The notes under the pieces: generated by a model
The model's input: only the letters and a program-made list of their open reading frames with translations
The model's database searches: none
Told to the model about the DNA's origin: nothing
NCBI GenBank assembly: GCA_951406725.2
Contig: OX597836.1
Coordinates: 26,846,001-26,910,000 of the forward strand
Direction of reading: 5' to 3'
Length of the DNA: 64,000 bases
Origin: Octopus vulgaris
Taxonomy: Eukaryota
Position numbers and translations under genes: made by a program
Shown here: positions 1-11,749 of the stretch, piece after piece
Position numbering within the stretch: the stretch's first letter is position 1
Layout: each line of letters starts with the position of its first letter

Positions 1-31
1 TAACTATTCTGGGTGAATAATTAATTATTAA

Positions 32-684
32 CCCATTACCATCTGGAATACTCTGTCAAATGTAATCTTTATTCTCATTGTTTTGAATTAATCAGACATT
101 ATCTTGTAGCTTTGAGATTTCAATGATGTGATTGTTTATACTTTAGAATAACATTGTAGGGTAGGTGTGAGAAGCTTGATCTGACCAGTTTGAACACAAA
201 ACAGGTAGAGTATTTTGGGTCTTTTCGGTTTGAATGGCAGTTTTTTCTAGCAGTGTTATATGTAATTGTCACCCATAATTATGACCCTAGTATCGATCTA
301 TTGCATTTCAATCTGTTTTAGGGTTAGGGTTAGTTTGAGTTAGGGATGGGGGAAAGGTATCTTTTTTTCTTCACAAATGTAAATAAACCCAATCTGTTTC
401 TTAAACGAGGGACATATTCATACGGCACAGAATGTCTTCACCTCAATAGACGTCATTGATTAGTTGAAATTGCAGAAATTGAAGAAAAACAACAACAAAT
501 ATCTTACAAACTATAGAATTTTCTCAATAAAGCCAAGAGAAAAAAATGTTTTATAAACACATTCTATCAGTATACGAAGTTTAAAAGTGTTTAGTTACGT
601 GGAAATTATTTTAAAATACTGCCGGTCAAACTGAAAAGATCCAGTATTTTTATGTTAGATGTGGCCAGTTTAAATGCTAAAGGG
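32..684. mobile_element. piggyBac-like MITE (old), interrupted by a Merlin-like MITE
   Basis: TTAA-CCC left end (28-34) and ...AAAGGG right end. Internal sequence (gctttgagattt...acattgtagggtagg...ccagtttgaacacaaaacagg...tggccagtttaaatgcta) recurs at 52434-53025. Confidence 0.55.
217..642 (+). mobile_element. Merlin-like MITE, full length
   Basis: ~24-bp TIRs (GGRTCTTTTCGGTTTGAA.. / ..TCAAACYGAAAAGATCC) and a perfect 8-bp TSD AGTATTTT (209-216, 643-650). GG termini with an 8-bp TSD fit Merlin. Confidence 0.75.
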
Positions 685-1098
685 TAGAAGTTGACCTAAT
701 ACTACCCTGATAGCCACGTCTCACACCAGATACCTCACTAGTCTATTCAGGGTGTGTAGCATGTTTAGCACTGAACCTGGAACCATGTGGATGTGAAGCA
801 AACTTCTCATCACACAACTAAATGCCTACCCTTTGCCTTAACAATATATATCTCCTTTTTCTTTTAATGAAGTAAATGTTTTAGCATTTTTAAATGTAAA
901 TTATAAGGATATCATTTCGAAATAAATAAAAAGACTCTTGCAATTATATTAGAAGGTCCCCCAGCCTAGATGCATGTCCAGGTAAGGCTGAATAATGGGA
1001 ATATATTTGATTTTCTGAGGCGAAGCCACTTTTACAAGCCTCAGCGTATATATGTACGTGTATGTACACACACACACGTATGGATTTGTCCATGTATA

Positions 1099-1549
1099 CA
1101 GGCATAACTCGGCTTAAGTCGTTTTGATTCAAATCGTTCTCGATTATATGTCGGTTTCAAAAATAATATATAGAAAAATAAAAATCAAGCTAAGTCATTT
1201 TACATGACTTTACGTCTGCCCACCACAAATATTTGAGACGTAAAATCACTAGAAAAACCGTTAAAAGCACATAAAATCACGTTACTGTACAATAAATAAG
1301 AATAAAATCATATAAAAATCATATTAAAATACGTACACTAAAATAGGTTTTTATTAACAATGTATTATTGAAAATACATTCATTCATAAATAAAGTACAG
1401 AACTGGGAATGGTTATTATCGGTTTAGCCTAGAGACAAGTAAATTCGGCCAGGCCTAGCCTAGAGACAAGTAAATTCGGCCTGGCGTAGCCTAGAGACAA
1501 ATTAATTTAAGTCGTGTCTTCTGGAACGATGTAGGGTGAGGTATGCCTG
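1099..1549. mobile_element. pogo/Tigger-like (Tc1/mariner) MITE
   Basis: TA|CAGGCATAACTC left end and GAGGTATGCCTG right end, an inverted repeat resembling Tigger-type CAGGCATACCTC termini. Confidence 0.55.
1425..1500. repeat. 31-bp tandem repeat, ~2.5 copies, inside the MITE
   Basis: TAGCCTAGAGACAAGTAAATTCGGCC(A/T)GGC(C/G) starting at 1425, 1456 and 1487. Confidence 0.9.
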
Positions 1550-1762
1550 TTTATGCAAGCACATGTATATCGTTAGGAGGAGATATATCAGAAAGCAAAC
1601 GGTTTGTTTTTCACGAGAAATGTCTGCACACGATTCATTAGTTTCTTGTCCATCTTTCCTTTACGATTGGCTGAGAGTTTCTTCTGCCTGCCCGTCTGTC
1701 TGCCTGTTGGTCTCCCTGTTTATTTGCCTGCCTATCTCTTTGTTTGTCTGTCTGTTTGTCTT

Positions 1763-2330
1763 ATAATAATAATAAACATTGTGTACAGTGCTCAGGTGCA
1801 CTACAACTCATCTGAAGTGCATATATAATCAGGTGTAGTTTCGACGGATTTCGGAAAGCATGAGGGCCTTAAAGGATGCAGTGTCATGGCAGTCAACAAC
1901 TGACGCAGGCAGTTTATTCCATGCTTCAGCAACTCTGAGCGTGAAAAAATGTTTCCGAAAGTCATGGGAGCTGTGTTGTTTTCTGACTTTGTAGGCATGT
2001 CCACGTGTGTTAGACACATGGAGATCAAAAAGGTGTTCAGTGTTGTTATTGGTGAGGTGGTTGACAACTTTGTGGGCGTTTACCAAGTCCGTCGCCAGAC
2101 GCCGGAGCTTCAGTGAATCCATGCCCAGGGAAACAAGGCGCTCAGAATATGGTAGGTGTCTGATGGAGGGTATGCGTTTGGTTGCACGTCTCTGAACAGA
2201 TTCCAGGAGGTCAATGTTCTGAGCAAGATAGGGGTTCCAAACTGATGATGCGAATTCCAAGTGTGGTCGTACCATAGTTGTATACAGTTTTAAATAGATG
2301 GCTGGAGAGCGGCTAACAAAAGTCTTGGAA
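1763..2330 (-). mobile_element. CR1-clade LINE, 5'-truncated 3' end (ORF2 C-terminus 1829-2275 plus tail)
   Basis: Translation VRPHLEFASSVWNP..LESVQRRATK..YSERL..L..RRL..TRGH.YK..FF..RV...WN.LP is typical of CR1 ORF2. (TTA)n tail at 1763-1775. Confidence 0.9.
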
Positions 2331-2357
2331 ATGGACTTTTATATTTTTTTACATTAA

Positions 2358-2572
2358 TAATGGTTTCAAATTTTGGCAAAAGTCCAGAAGTTTTAAAAAG
2401 AGAAAGTCAATTACACCAACCCCAGTTTTCATCTGGTACTTATTTTATCAACCCTGAAGGAATAAAAGGTGAGGTCAGCCTTGGTAGAATTTGAACTCAG
2501 GATGTTTAAGAATTGGATGAAATGTTGCTAAGCATTTTGTCCAATGTGTTAATGCTTCTGCCAGCTCACCAT
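2358..2572 (-). mobile_element. tRNA-headed SINE family B
   Basis: Reverse complement of ggtgagctggcagaa...gagttcaaattc...gataaaataagtaccag, matching many other copies in the window. Confidence 0.75.
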
Positions 2573-2605
2573 CATTTATCAGTTCTATCATTGATGGAAA
2601 TAAAT

Positions 2606-3066
<461 letters not shown>

Positions 3067-3156
3067 ATCTGACCGCTTCTGTTGCTATTAATTATTATTT
3101 TTCTAATAAGCCCACTGGCTATTTGTGCCACCAGTGCTTGAATAGACATTGGCCTG

Positions 3157-3472
3157 GCATTCCGTCAGTTTCGACAACGAGGGTTCCGGTTGATCCAATT
3201 AATGGAACAGCTTGCTTGTGAAATTAATGCGTAAGTGGCTGAGCACTCCACACACACGTGTACCCTTAATGTAGTTCTCAGGGAGATTCAGTGTGACACA
3301 GAGCGTGACAAGGCTGGACCTTTGAATTACAGGTACGGCTCATCCTTACCAGTTGAGTGGACTGGAGCAACATGAAATAAAGTGCCTTGCTCAAGGATAG
3401 TACAAGCCACTGGGAATTGAACCCACAGCCTTATGATTGCGAGCTGAATACCACAGCCATTAAGCCATGCAC
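3157..3472 (-). mobile_element. tRNA-headed SINE family D (CORE-like central domain)
   Basis: Minus strand reads ggtgcatggcttaatgg...gggttcaattccc...tccttgagcaaggcactttatttc. A related copy lies at 35232-35480. Confidence 0.75.
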
Positions 3473-3497
3473 CTTTGGATTTCTATATATATATCAC

Positions 3498-3529
3498 TGT
3501 CATTGGTAAACGAAAGTTTACCAATGACA
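3498..3529. repeat. Perfect 14-bp hairpin with GAAA loop
   Basis: TGTCATTGGTAAAC-GAAA-GTTTACCAATGACA. Confidence 0.9.
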
Positions 3530-3764
3530 AGGCCAAGGAAGACCAAAATCATGTGATTTGGCAGTGCCTGCAGTGGTAGCAGACAATTATCTCCTGCTAG
3601 CAATATAAACACAAGTGCTTATATGCACCACAAGTGCATATGAGAAGTTCTTTCAAGGAAAATAAACATCAATACATTTCAGAATATATGGTAACAGAAT
3701 GCTCACTCTTTTATCGTTTGAGTCAATATTTTAAACACAAACACAAAAACTCACAGACACACAG

Positions 3765-3945
3765 ACACACACATACACGTATATGATGAGCTTCTTTCAG
3801 TTTCTATCAACCAGATCCACCCATAAGGCCTGAGTCAGCCTGAGACTTTAGTAGAAGACACTTAGCCCATGTGCCATGCAGTGGGACTGAACCCGGAACC
3901 ATGTAGTTGGGAAGCAAACTTCTTACCACACAGCCAAGCCTGCAC
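3765..3945 (-). mobile_element. SINE family A, 5' half
   Basis: Matches the reverse complement of the head and body of 2606-2770. Confidence 0.75.
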
Positions 3946-4952
3946 CAATACAAACACTCACACACACACACACACACACATTGTCACATGCATACATCAA
4001 CACCAACACAATGTACTGTCATGTACAGTGCATAAAAATATAGTGCATATAAATGCACTGCCATATACAGAGACTTATACGTGTGACCATACTCACATAG
4101 GAAATGCACGCATATACACACACAGACTCACACGATGTCATCAACCCGGATATTGCTTTAGGTTATCAGAGCCACACCTTTAAATCCCTACCCCTCTCCA
4201 TACACCTTCACCTCATCATCAGCCTCTCCACTTCGTGCTTGTGTCCCTGTTTCCGGTGGCCTACTTTCACTTTCGTTTTACTCCCACCTCCAACTACTCA
4301 CCCTTTTCCACCTGTGCTTATCTACCCCCCGCCTTCTCCAACAGTTTAATAATTTCCCTTTACTTCCGTATCTGTTAATCTCTCCCTCCTCTTCCCCTTC
4401 TTTCTCTTGTTTTATAGTAAAAATAATAATGATAATAATAATAATTATTATTATTATCCTTTTTGCCTATTTCATCTTTCCCAACCACCATCCCCAGCGG
4501 ACCTCTGATACATCCTGTTGCATTTTCCTTCGGAACTCCCACCCTCTACGATCCATTATTTTATCAGTTGCTGCTCGTTCATCCATACCTCTTCCTCCAC
4601 ACAACCACATCCTTCTCCTCCTCTCCCCTCCTCCACAACCGCCTCCCTCTACGTACTGTATGATGTGTTTCTTCCCCTTCTATGTTTTCATTACTGAAAT
4701 GACAAAACCCACGGTACACCATCTTGTAAATAATATTTTCAATTAGGAATATATAACCTCCCCACCTCTTTATATTAATGGTCGTAAATTTTCGAAGAGA
4801 AATGGTAGATTCGATATAACTGTATACAATGATATATTGGTTTCAAATTTTGGCACAAGGCCAGCAAGTTTGAGAATGGGACAGAAAATGTTCTGCCAGA
4901 CATGCAGCGTTGGTGCTATCATCATTATCATCACCACCACCACCGCCGGCAG

Positions 4953-5110
4953 ATTTTTGACCGGCAGATTTTTAAAATAATCTCTTTGTAACGAAACACT
5001 TTTAAACTTCGTATACTGGTAGAATGTGTTACATAAAACATCTTTTTCTCTTGGCTTTCTTGAGAAAATTCTGTAGTTTGTAAGCTATTTGTTGTTTAAT
5101 TTTGAGAAGT
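4953..5110 (-). mobile_element. Partial Merlin-like MITE relative
   Basis: Shares ttttaaacttcgtatactggtag..catctttttctcttggcttt..gagaaaattct with 6350-6430. Confidence 0.6.
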
Positions 5111-5176
5111 TATCAACCATATTAGGGTTATTAGCCGTAGAGAGAAGAAACATTTTCTAACGCTGGGAACAGAGAG

Positions 5177-5242
<66 letters not shown>

Positions 5243-5335
5243 ACTAAACTTCTCTGATGTAGTTATGGATGTTTAAAATAATGTACCCCTCATCACACCT
5301 TCAAGAAACATCGTTGGAGGCGTTGCAAGGCCTGG

Positions 5336-5419
5336 AATCGAAACATTACAGTTTCAGTGACTATGTCTACGACACACTTAACTCAGGCGATGTGTCCTGG
5401 ATCATTTCATCAGTCAACT
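5336..5419 (-). ncRNA. Type I hammerhead-ribozyme-like motif
   Basis: Minus strand: AGTTGA-CTGATGA-AATGA...TCACT-GAAAC-tgtaat-GTT-TCGATT. Stem I has 6 bp (2 GU), stem II has 1 mismatch plus an inner GACACA/TGTGTC helix, and the triplet is GUU. Confidence 0.5.
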
Positions 5420-5481
5420 TGCTGAAATGATACCACATGTTAGAGATTGTTCTATTTTGTTCTTGTAGTTTCCACGTTTTT

Positions 5482-5794
5482 AAATAATAATAATAATAAT
5501 AATTGTGTTCAATGCTCAGGTGCACTACAACTCATCTAAAGTGTATATATAATCAGGTGTAGTTTCGGCGGATTTCGGAAAGCATGAGGGCCTTAAAGGA
5601 TGCAGTGTCATGACAGTCAACAACTGACGCAGGCAGTTTATTCCATGCTTCAGCAACTCTGAGCGTGAAAAAATGTTTCCGAAAGTCATGGGAGCTGTGT
5701 TGTTTTCTGACTTTGTAGGCATGTCCACGTGTGTTAGACACATGGAGATCAAAAAGGTGTTCAGTGTTGTTGTTGGTGAGGTGGTTGATAACTT
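5482..5794 (-). mobile_element. CR1-clade LINE 3' fragment (second copy)
   Basis: Near-identical to 1763-2070, with a (TTA)n tail. Confidence 0.9.
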
Positions 5795-6298
5795 GATTAT
5801 TTAAGTAACAATACGCGTAAACAGATGAGGGCGGCGCACTTCGGAAGCACAAGCTACATGCTTATTAAATCCACAAGTTTCATTGACTGAAGCTCTGCCC
5901 CGAGTTAAAGGATTCTTCGACTAGGATCAACAGAGCATTATTTCTGCTTCCTATGCAAAGGTAGCCTCGTCTGTTATTAACGTAATTTCAAACTACATTC
6001 GTTTTTGCACACTATTTTACACTACCGCCAAACAACAATGTAAACGTCTAACTATTATAATAATATTTCGATAGCAGTAAATGTTAATTAAACAACGATA
6101 GCTCTAGTTTATTAATGGGCGACTAGCAGTCTATCGCTATGTCAGCACATCAAGCAAGAACCATCATAACTTTATACTTCAGCGGTATATTATATCTTTC
6201 CATCATTGAACTCGGTCCATTAATCAAAGGAAGAGAAAACATTTCGCAGAAGAGGCAAATAATAAACTCAATGATCTGCGATTAAGAAAAAAAGATCC

Positions 6299-6709
6299 TG
6301 ATCTTTTTGGTTTGAACAGCAGTTTTTAACATAATTTCTAGGCAACTAAAAAATTTTAAACTTCGTATACTGGTAGGATGTGTTTATAAAACATCTTTTT
6401 CTCTTGGCTTTATTGAGAAAATTCTATAGTTTGTAAGATATTTGTTGTTTTTTTTCTTCAATTTCTGCAATTTCAACCAATCAATGACGTCCATTGAGGT
6501 AAAAAAGCATTCTGTGCCGTATGAATATGTCCTTCGTTTAAGAAACAGATTGGGTTTATTTACATTTGTGGAGAAAAAAAGATATCCTTCCCCCCACCCC
6601 TAACCCTAAAACAGATTGAAATGCAATAGATCGATACTAGGGTCATAATTATGGGTGACAATTTCATATGACACCGCTAGAAAAACTGCCGTTCAAACCG
6701 AAAAGATCC
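6299..6709 (-). mobile_element. Merlin-like MITE, full length, opposite orientation to 217-642
   Basis: Same TIRs. 8-bp TSD AAAGATCC / AAAGATTC (6291-6298, 6710-6717). Confidence 0.75.
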
Positions 6710-6899
6710 AAAGATTCTTTCCCAAAATACCGTTTCGTTACAAGAAATAAATGAAGTTTCCATAACACAAGAATCCATAGTTCTCTAGTTTCCTAGTTTC
6801 CTCCCCGTTTTCCCCTCCAATATTTGACGTTTGATGAGATACGATCCGATAACAGCTCTGTATTGTATTATGATGATATGACATCGCCCCCGTGAGCAT

Positions 6900-7115
6900 T
6901 AAAATTGAAAGGAAACCATCAACCCACGCCGCCATGTTGTCCACTTTCCTCCTGTTTCACTAATTAAGATGCTGACGTAGCATTACAAATGTCGTCTGCT
7001 TCACTCAAAAATGGAAGACAATTCGTGCTGGACGCAATATTTAGTTAATGGAGTGGCTTTTAATGGACGTATTGTTGTGGTCATCGTGTGAAGTGTTTAT
7101 CACACGTGACACAAT
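6900..7115 (-). promoter_or_regulatory. Possible promoter/5' region of an unidentified gene
   Basis: Non-repetitive, CpG-retaining stretch with a YY1/Kozak-like GCCGCCATGTT (AACATGGCGGC on minus), a CRE-like TGACGT and an E-box CACGTG. Motif evidence only. Confidence 0.25.
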
Positions 7116-7658
7116 GGCTATTTATTTCTTCCCCCACCACATCTTTCCATATATATGTGTGTCTATAAACACAAACATACGTGCTTTTTTTTTTTTATAC
7201 TTTACGGTATATTAATGTATGTTATGTATCTACATGCTTCTGTCTGTATAAATACTTACCTACTCACCTACATATACATGCAAATTCATACAAGTTCATA
7301 CAGACACATATACATACATACACACACACATATCTATTCAAACAACACACACACACATGATTATATGTGTATGCATGTATATATGTGTGTATACACGTAC
7401 GTACATATGTATGGATATGCACGCTTGCATTTAGGTATGTATGAATGGATGTACGTATGTATGTATGCCTTAGCTTGCATATGTATGTGGTTGCGTATTT
7501 ATACAAACACAGGCATGTAGGTGCATAACATACATTAATATACGGGCATACATTCTGGTCGTACACACACACGCACGCATGCACACACACACACACGCAC
7601 ACACACACATGCACGCACGCACACACACGCACACACATACACACACACAGTGTAGCCA

Positions 7659-7835
7659 CAGGCATGGCTATTTAGTCAAAAGGTTGCTTGAGTAACCGTA
7701 TGATGTTGCGTTCATTCCCGTTGTGCGGCATCTTGAGAATTTGTCATCTACTATAGCTTCGGGTATAGCCATGCCTTGTGAGTGAAGTTAAGCTCACAGA
7801 ATCGGCGAAGACGTATGTCGTGTGTGTGTTTGTGT
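7659..7835 (+). mobile_element. SINE family A, diverged 5' half
   Basis: ggcatggcta...cttgagaatttgtcatctactatagc...gccttgtgagtga. Confidence 0.6.
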
Positions 7836-7872
7836 TTTCTGAATTTTATAGTATTAAGTATCCATCACGACT

Positions 7873-7957
7873 GGTCTTACCCATCGGCTTCGTGCAAAAA
7901 TTATGATAGAGTGTTAGGCAACAAACCAATTATATAAATACACTCATCAGAGGTACC
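7873..7957 (-). ncRNA. Decayed hammerhead-ribozyme-like motif (Penelope-type)
   Basis: Minus strand: GGTACCT-CTGATGA-GTGTA...TGCAC-GAAG-CC-gatg-GG-TA-AGACC. 5-bp stem II, short near-palindromic stem III, GUA triplet. A15.1 is G. Confidence 0.45.
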
Positions 7958-8424
7958 CTTATTATTCAATTTTATATTTGTACTGTTTTTTTTCTTCATT
8001 TGTATTGTTTTTACGTCCTGTTCTTGTCACCTTTTTTTACCCCTCCGCAAATTTTTTTTTATTTAATTCATTTTGCAGGAAGGATTGCTTCGGCCGGATC
8101 GTGTTCTGCCCTTACCTTCGAAACACGCATTGAGTCGAAACAGGGGCAGCTGATGAAGGGGAATATTCCTTGTATTGTTTGTCTTGTACTCTGTTTTTTC
8201 GTTGTTAAAAAAAAGTCCGTTTCCTTGTTTGTTTTATGTTTTCGTTTCTTGTTGTGTTCTACGTTTATTTGTGGTGCCCTGTACTCATATATGCATGTAT
8301 ATATACATATAGATGTAGGTATGTACATATATGTATGTATGTATGCATATGCTTTATTTATTAAATTGTTATTATATGATTGAACGCCACGCGTCGTTTT
8401 CTTATTCTCCAAGTAAGTTTTTAT

Positions 8425-8544
<120 letters not shown>

Positions 8545-8804
8545 GATAGATAGTAATGTAGCAGGATCAGTCAAGTGATCATGGTTAGTCTCTAGCATAA
8601 ACAAGTCTTGTATAGAAAACAGAAATGACTTGATAAGTGATCAATAAAGTTTATTAATCAATGCATCAAATACACTTCGTCCTATACCAAGATGAGACAG
8701 ATTCCACTAAGATGACATATGTTCTACAACTCAATTTCGAAAGCAGCAAGTGTTGTTCATTATAATAAAGTCTGTGAATAAAAAGAATGGAAGAAGTGGT
8801 TGAG

Positions 8805-8894
8805 TACCACAACTGTTTCAAAAGAATCGCCGAGTATCTATTACATAGTGTTATGAATACTTCATAGCTGTCCGGTGTTGCTTTTCATCAGGTA
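8805..8894 (-). ncRNA. Decayed hammerhead-ribozyme-like motif
   Basis: Minus strand: TAC-CTGATGA-AAAG...CTTTT-GAAAC-agtt-GTG-GTA. The triplet is GUG (non-cleavable) and stem I is only 3 bp. Confidence 0.35.
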
Positions 8895-9166
8895 TACGCA
8901 GCCATTCAGTTGAAAGTTATCTGCCATAATGAATAATGCCAGAAAAAAAAATAAATAAAAGAGCTGGGTGTGGGAGACAAATACTTTATAAAGAAGTAAA
9001 GAGAATAAAAAAAGCGGGTGGAAAGTGGAACTGGTAAAGAGCGAGTGGCATGCCTACTCAATAGAATACCTTAGTGAGACAGATAGGGGTGTGGTTTTAT
9101 TTTACTAGGTGCATCGTCAAATTCCTGGACTTGCTAATTTATATATATATATATATGTGTGTGTGT

Positions 9167-9473
9167 GGAGGCGCAATGGTCCAGTGGTTAGGGCAGCAGA
9201 CTCATAGTTGTAGGATCGTGGTTTCGATTCCCAGACCAGGCGTTGTGAGTGTTTATTGAGCGAAAACACCTAAAGCTCCACGAGGCTCTGGCAAGGGGTG
9301 GTGGTGATCCCTGCTGTACTCTTTCGCCACAACTTTCAATTTTTCTTCTGTTGGCTTGCTTCGCTTAGCCAGCGGGGTGGCGTCATTTGAAGGCTAAACA
9401 ATGCAAAGCACATTGTGACCAGTGATGTGTAGCAACATCTGATAGCCTGGTCGGTCACATGATAACATGATAT

Positions 9474-9475
<2 letters not shown>
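9167..9475 (+). mobile_element. tRNA-headed SINE family F
   Basis: tRNA-like head GGCGCAATGGTCCAGTGGTTAGG...GGTTTCGATTCCC, then a unique body and a repeated (ACATGATA) tail. Inserted in TA/TG repeats. Confidence 0.75.
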
Positions 9476-9511
<36 letters not shown>

Positions 9512-9849
9512 GTATATATATATGTGCGTGTGTATGTGTGTCTGTGTGTATGTATGTATGTATATATATATATATACATATATATATAGTTCATCCTCTT
9601 CTAGCAACCTTTATACTAATTCTATCCAAAGGGATTTTTAACCCAATATCTACTTGCTATTATTTATTGCTTTATCTGCTTCAAGATTCACCGTTACTCA
9701 AAATAATTATTTCGCCTTGTTGGCGTTTCTTAATTCTCACCACGTCCGTAATACACACACACACACAGAGGCATGTACACACATGCACACATTCACAAAT
9801 TAGTGGGAAAACTAAAAAATCACTGTAAGGAAGAAATAGAAGCACATAT

Positions 9850-10540
9850 AATAGACGTTTGTCCAATAACATTGACAAGACAAATATAAAACCTGATACC
9901 AACACAAGAAATTTCATAAACCACGAAGCCAAAGACATTCGCCACTAACCTTAAAATAGACGACAGAATCGATTATCTAATCTTACTTAAACTCTACATT
10001 ATATTCAAAGATCACAAAGACAATTTCATTAACATCTCTAAATGTGGGTTAACTAAACATTCTTAAAAGAATGTTTTGGATAGTTAGCAAAACACGTCCT
10101 GGTTTCTGTTATTAAACTTAGAAGTAAAAAGTTATTTATCTTTCACAATGGAATAAGTGCTTCCATAAAACAGCATTGTAAACTTACAGGAGTTGACACA
10201 ATGAAATTTTTATCCTTCTGTATCTAAATCTTTTCCTTGTAAATCCTCAATTTAAATAAGTAATCTCGTGCTAATTAGTGACTTCAATATCAGGATCATT
10301 ATATGTGAAAAAACAATCTTTTATTCTTTCTTGACTGAGTCTAGGTTAAAAAGAATGGGAAAGAGTTGTTTGATGTTTCCCTGAACTCTTTCAATGGAGA
10401 TGAATTGTGCGAAAGTATTGATATATATATTTATATCAATGCACTGTGGCGATCATCCAACGATCTTGGGTAACATTGAATGGTCGTGACCGAGATAGCT
10501 TTAGAAAATACATTTTGGAATTACTTACATGGCAACACTG
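9850..10540 (+). pseudogene. Penelope-like element reverse transcriptase relic (stops and frameshifts)
   Basis: Successive frame-shifted motifs INHEAKDI..LKIDDRI, FKDHKDNF, IVSK.VL, FYPSVSK, VKKNGKELFDVSLNSFNGDELCE, GRDRDSFRK match the Penelope RT order (LKDHKxNF, FYPSI, FDVTMGSFDGAEVCE). Confidence 0.65.
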
Positions 10541-11676
10541 TTGATACCAATTGTGGTGTAGTCATCAGTTATTGGTGTTATTTTAAATTTAGTTACGAAC
10601 AAATTCTTCCTTCATAGACAAAAATAAAAAAGACTAAATTATATAAATAAGGATTCAAACCAACCTCAAACTTTGTATTCAATATTATGATAGTAGGTTG
10701 TAAAGTTCATAGACTGACAATGAAGGAGTCATGCTACAGCAATAAAACATTGCATGCATTAATTTTAACTCTTGTTATTAATGGCTGCTTTGTTTCTGTC
10801 CAGGTAAATTGACATCTGACTCCAAAGAAGACTTCAAAAGTTACTTGTAGTCACTTCTCTTGAAAATGGACAAAATTTGGTATCCTGGTGTTAAGCAGTG
10901 TGATTAAAAGAAAAAGGTTTAGCCCCCGTGAACTATCTGATTCCACCAAAATACTTTCACTTCTTTGTATCTAAGAACGTGCAATGTAGCTCGGACGAGA
11001 CACTTGTGTAATTCAAATGTCCTCCTTATTTCACCTCTTCATGACTGGACGATTGATTTTGAATGTTCCTTTTTTAGATAGCATCACGCTGCAAAAACTG
11101 CACGATTCCCCTGGTTATTTGATGAAAATCAAAGGATGATAAGTAAAGTATGTTATGTCTCCTACGTGATTTAAATATCCTGCTGTAAGGGAAGTCTTGA
11201 TTAATTTTGTTTTTCTCTTAGTCACTACTGTTATGTTACAGTTAATTGACTTAGCTATTTGCTTTTTATGCTGAAGGCATCCCTAGGTATTTTTCTTCGT
11301 CACTATTGTATGTCGTCATGCCAACCCATCTAAACTACTGCACATCTTACCGCCAGTCAGGCAAGTGCAGAGATGTTTTTGCTGTGTTGATGAGGCTGAA
11401 TAATGCCGGAACATATCTAAAGTTATCTTGCACTTGAAGGGTTAATCTTAAATACAGACCAGATTTAATTAATATAAATTTTTTTGTTGCTAAGAGGCAT
11501 GGCCTAGTGGTTAAGCATTTGGACTCATGACAGCACGGTATGTATGTATATGTATATATACATATGTTTATGTATATGTGTGTGTGTGTGTGTGTGTATC
11601 TACATATATAGATCAAAACAGTTTGATTAAAATTCATTGGTACTCTGAGTTTCAAATGTGATGCTAGTCTTCAGCC

Positions 11677-11748
<72 letters not shown>

Positions 11749-11749
<1 letters not shown>

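Noticed and set aside
1425-1500. 31-bp repeats of CRISPR-like length
   Set aside because: Head-to-tail with no spacers, inside a MITE, in eukaryotic DNA with no cas genes.
8100-8175. Plus-strand GAAA...CTGATGA as a permuted hammerhead
   Set aside because: Stem I cannot be formed and no GAAA follows the hairpin after CTGATGA.
9167-9240. Possible tRNA gene (likewise other SINE heads)
   Set aside because: No complete acceptor stem, and the sequence continues into a SINE body.
10769-11441. piggyBac transposase C-terminal relic between TTAA sites (RTCNV..CKNC.IPL)
   Set aside because: Only ~5 bp of terminal complementarity and very weak protein similarity.
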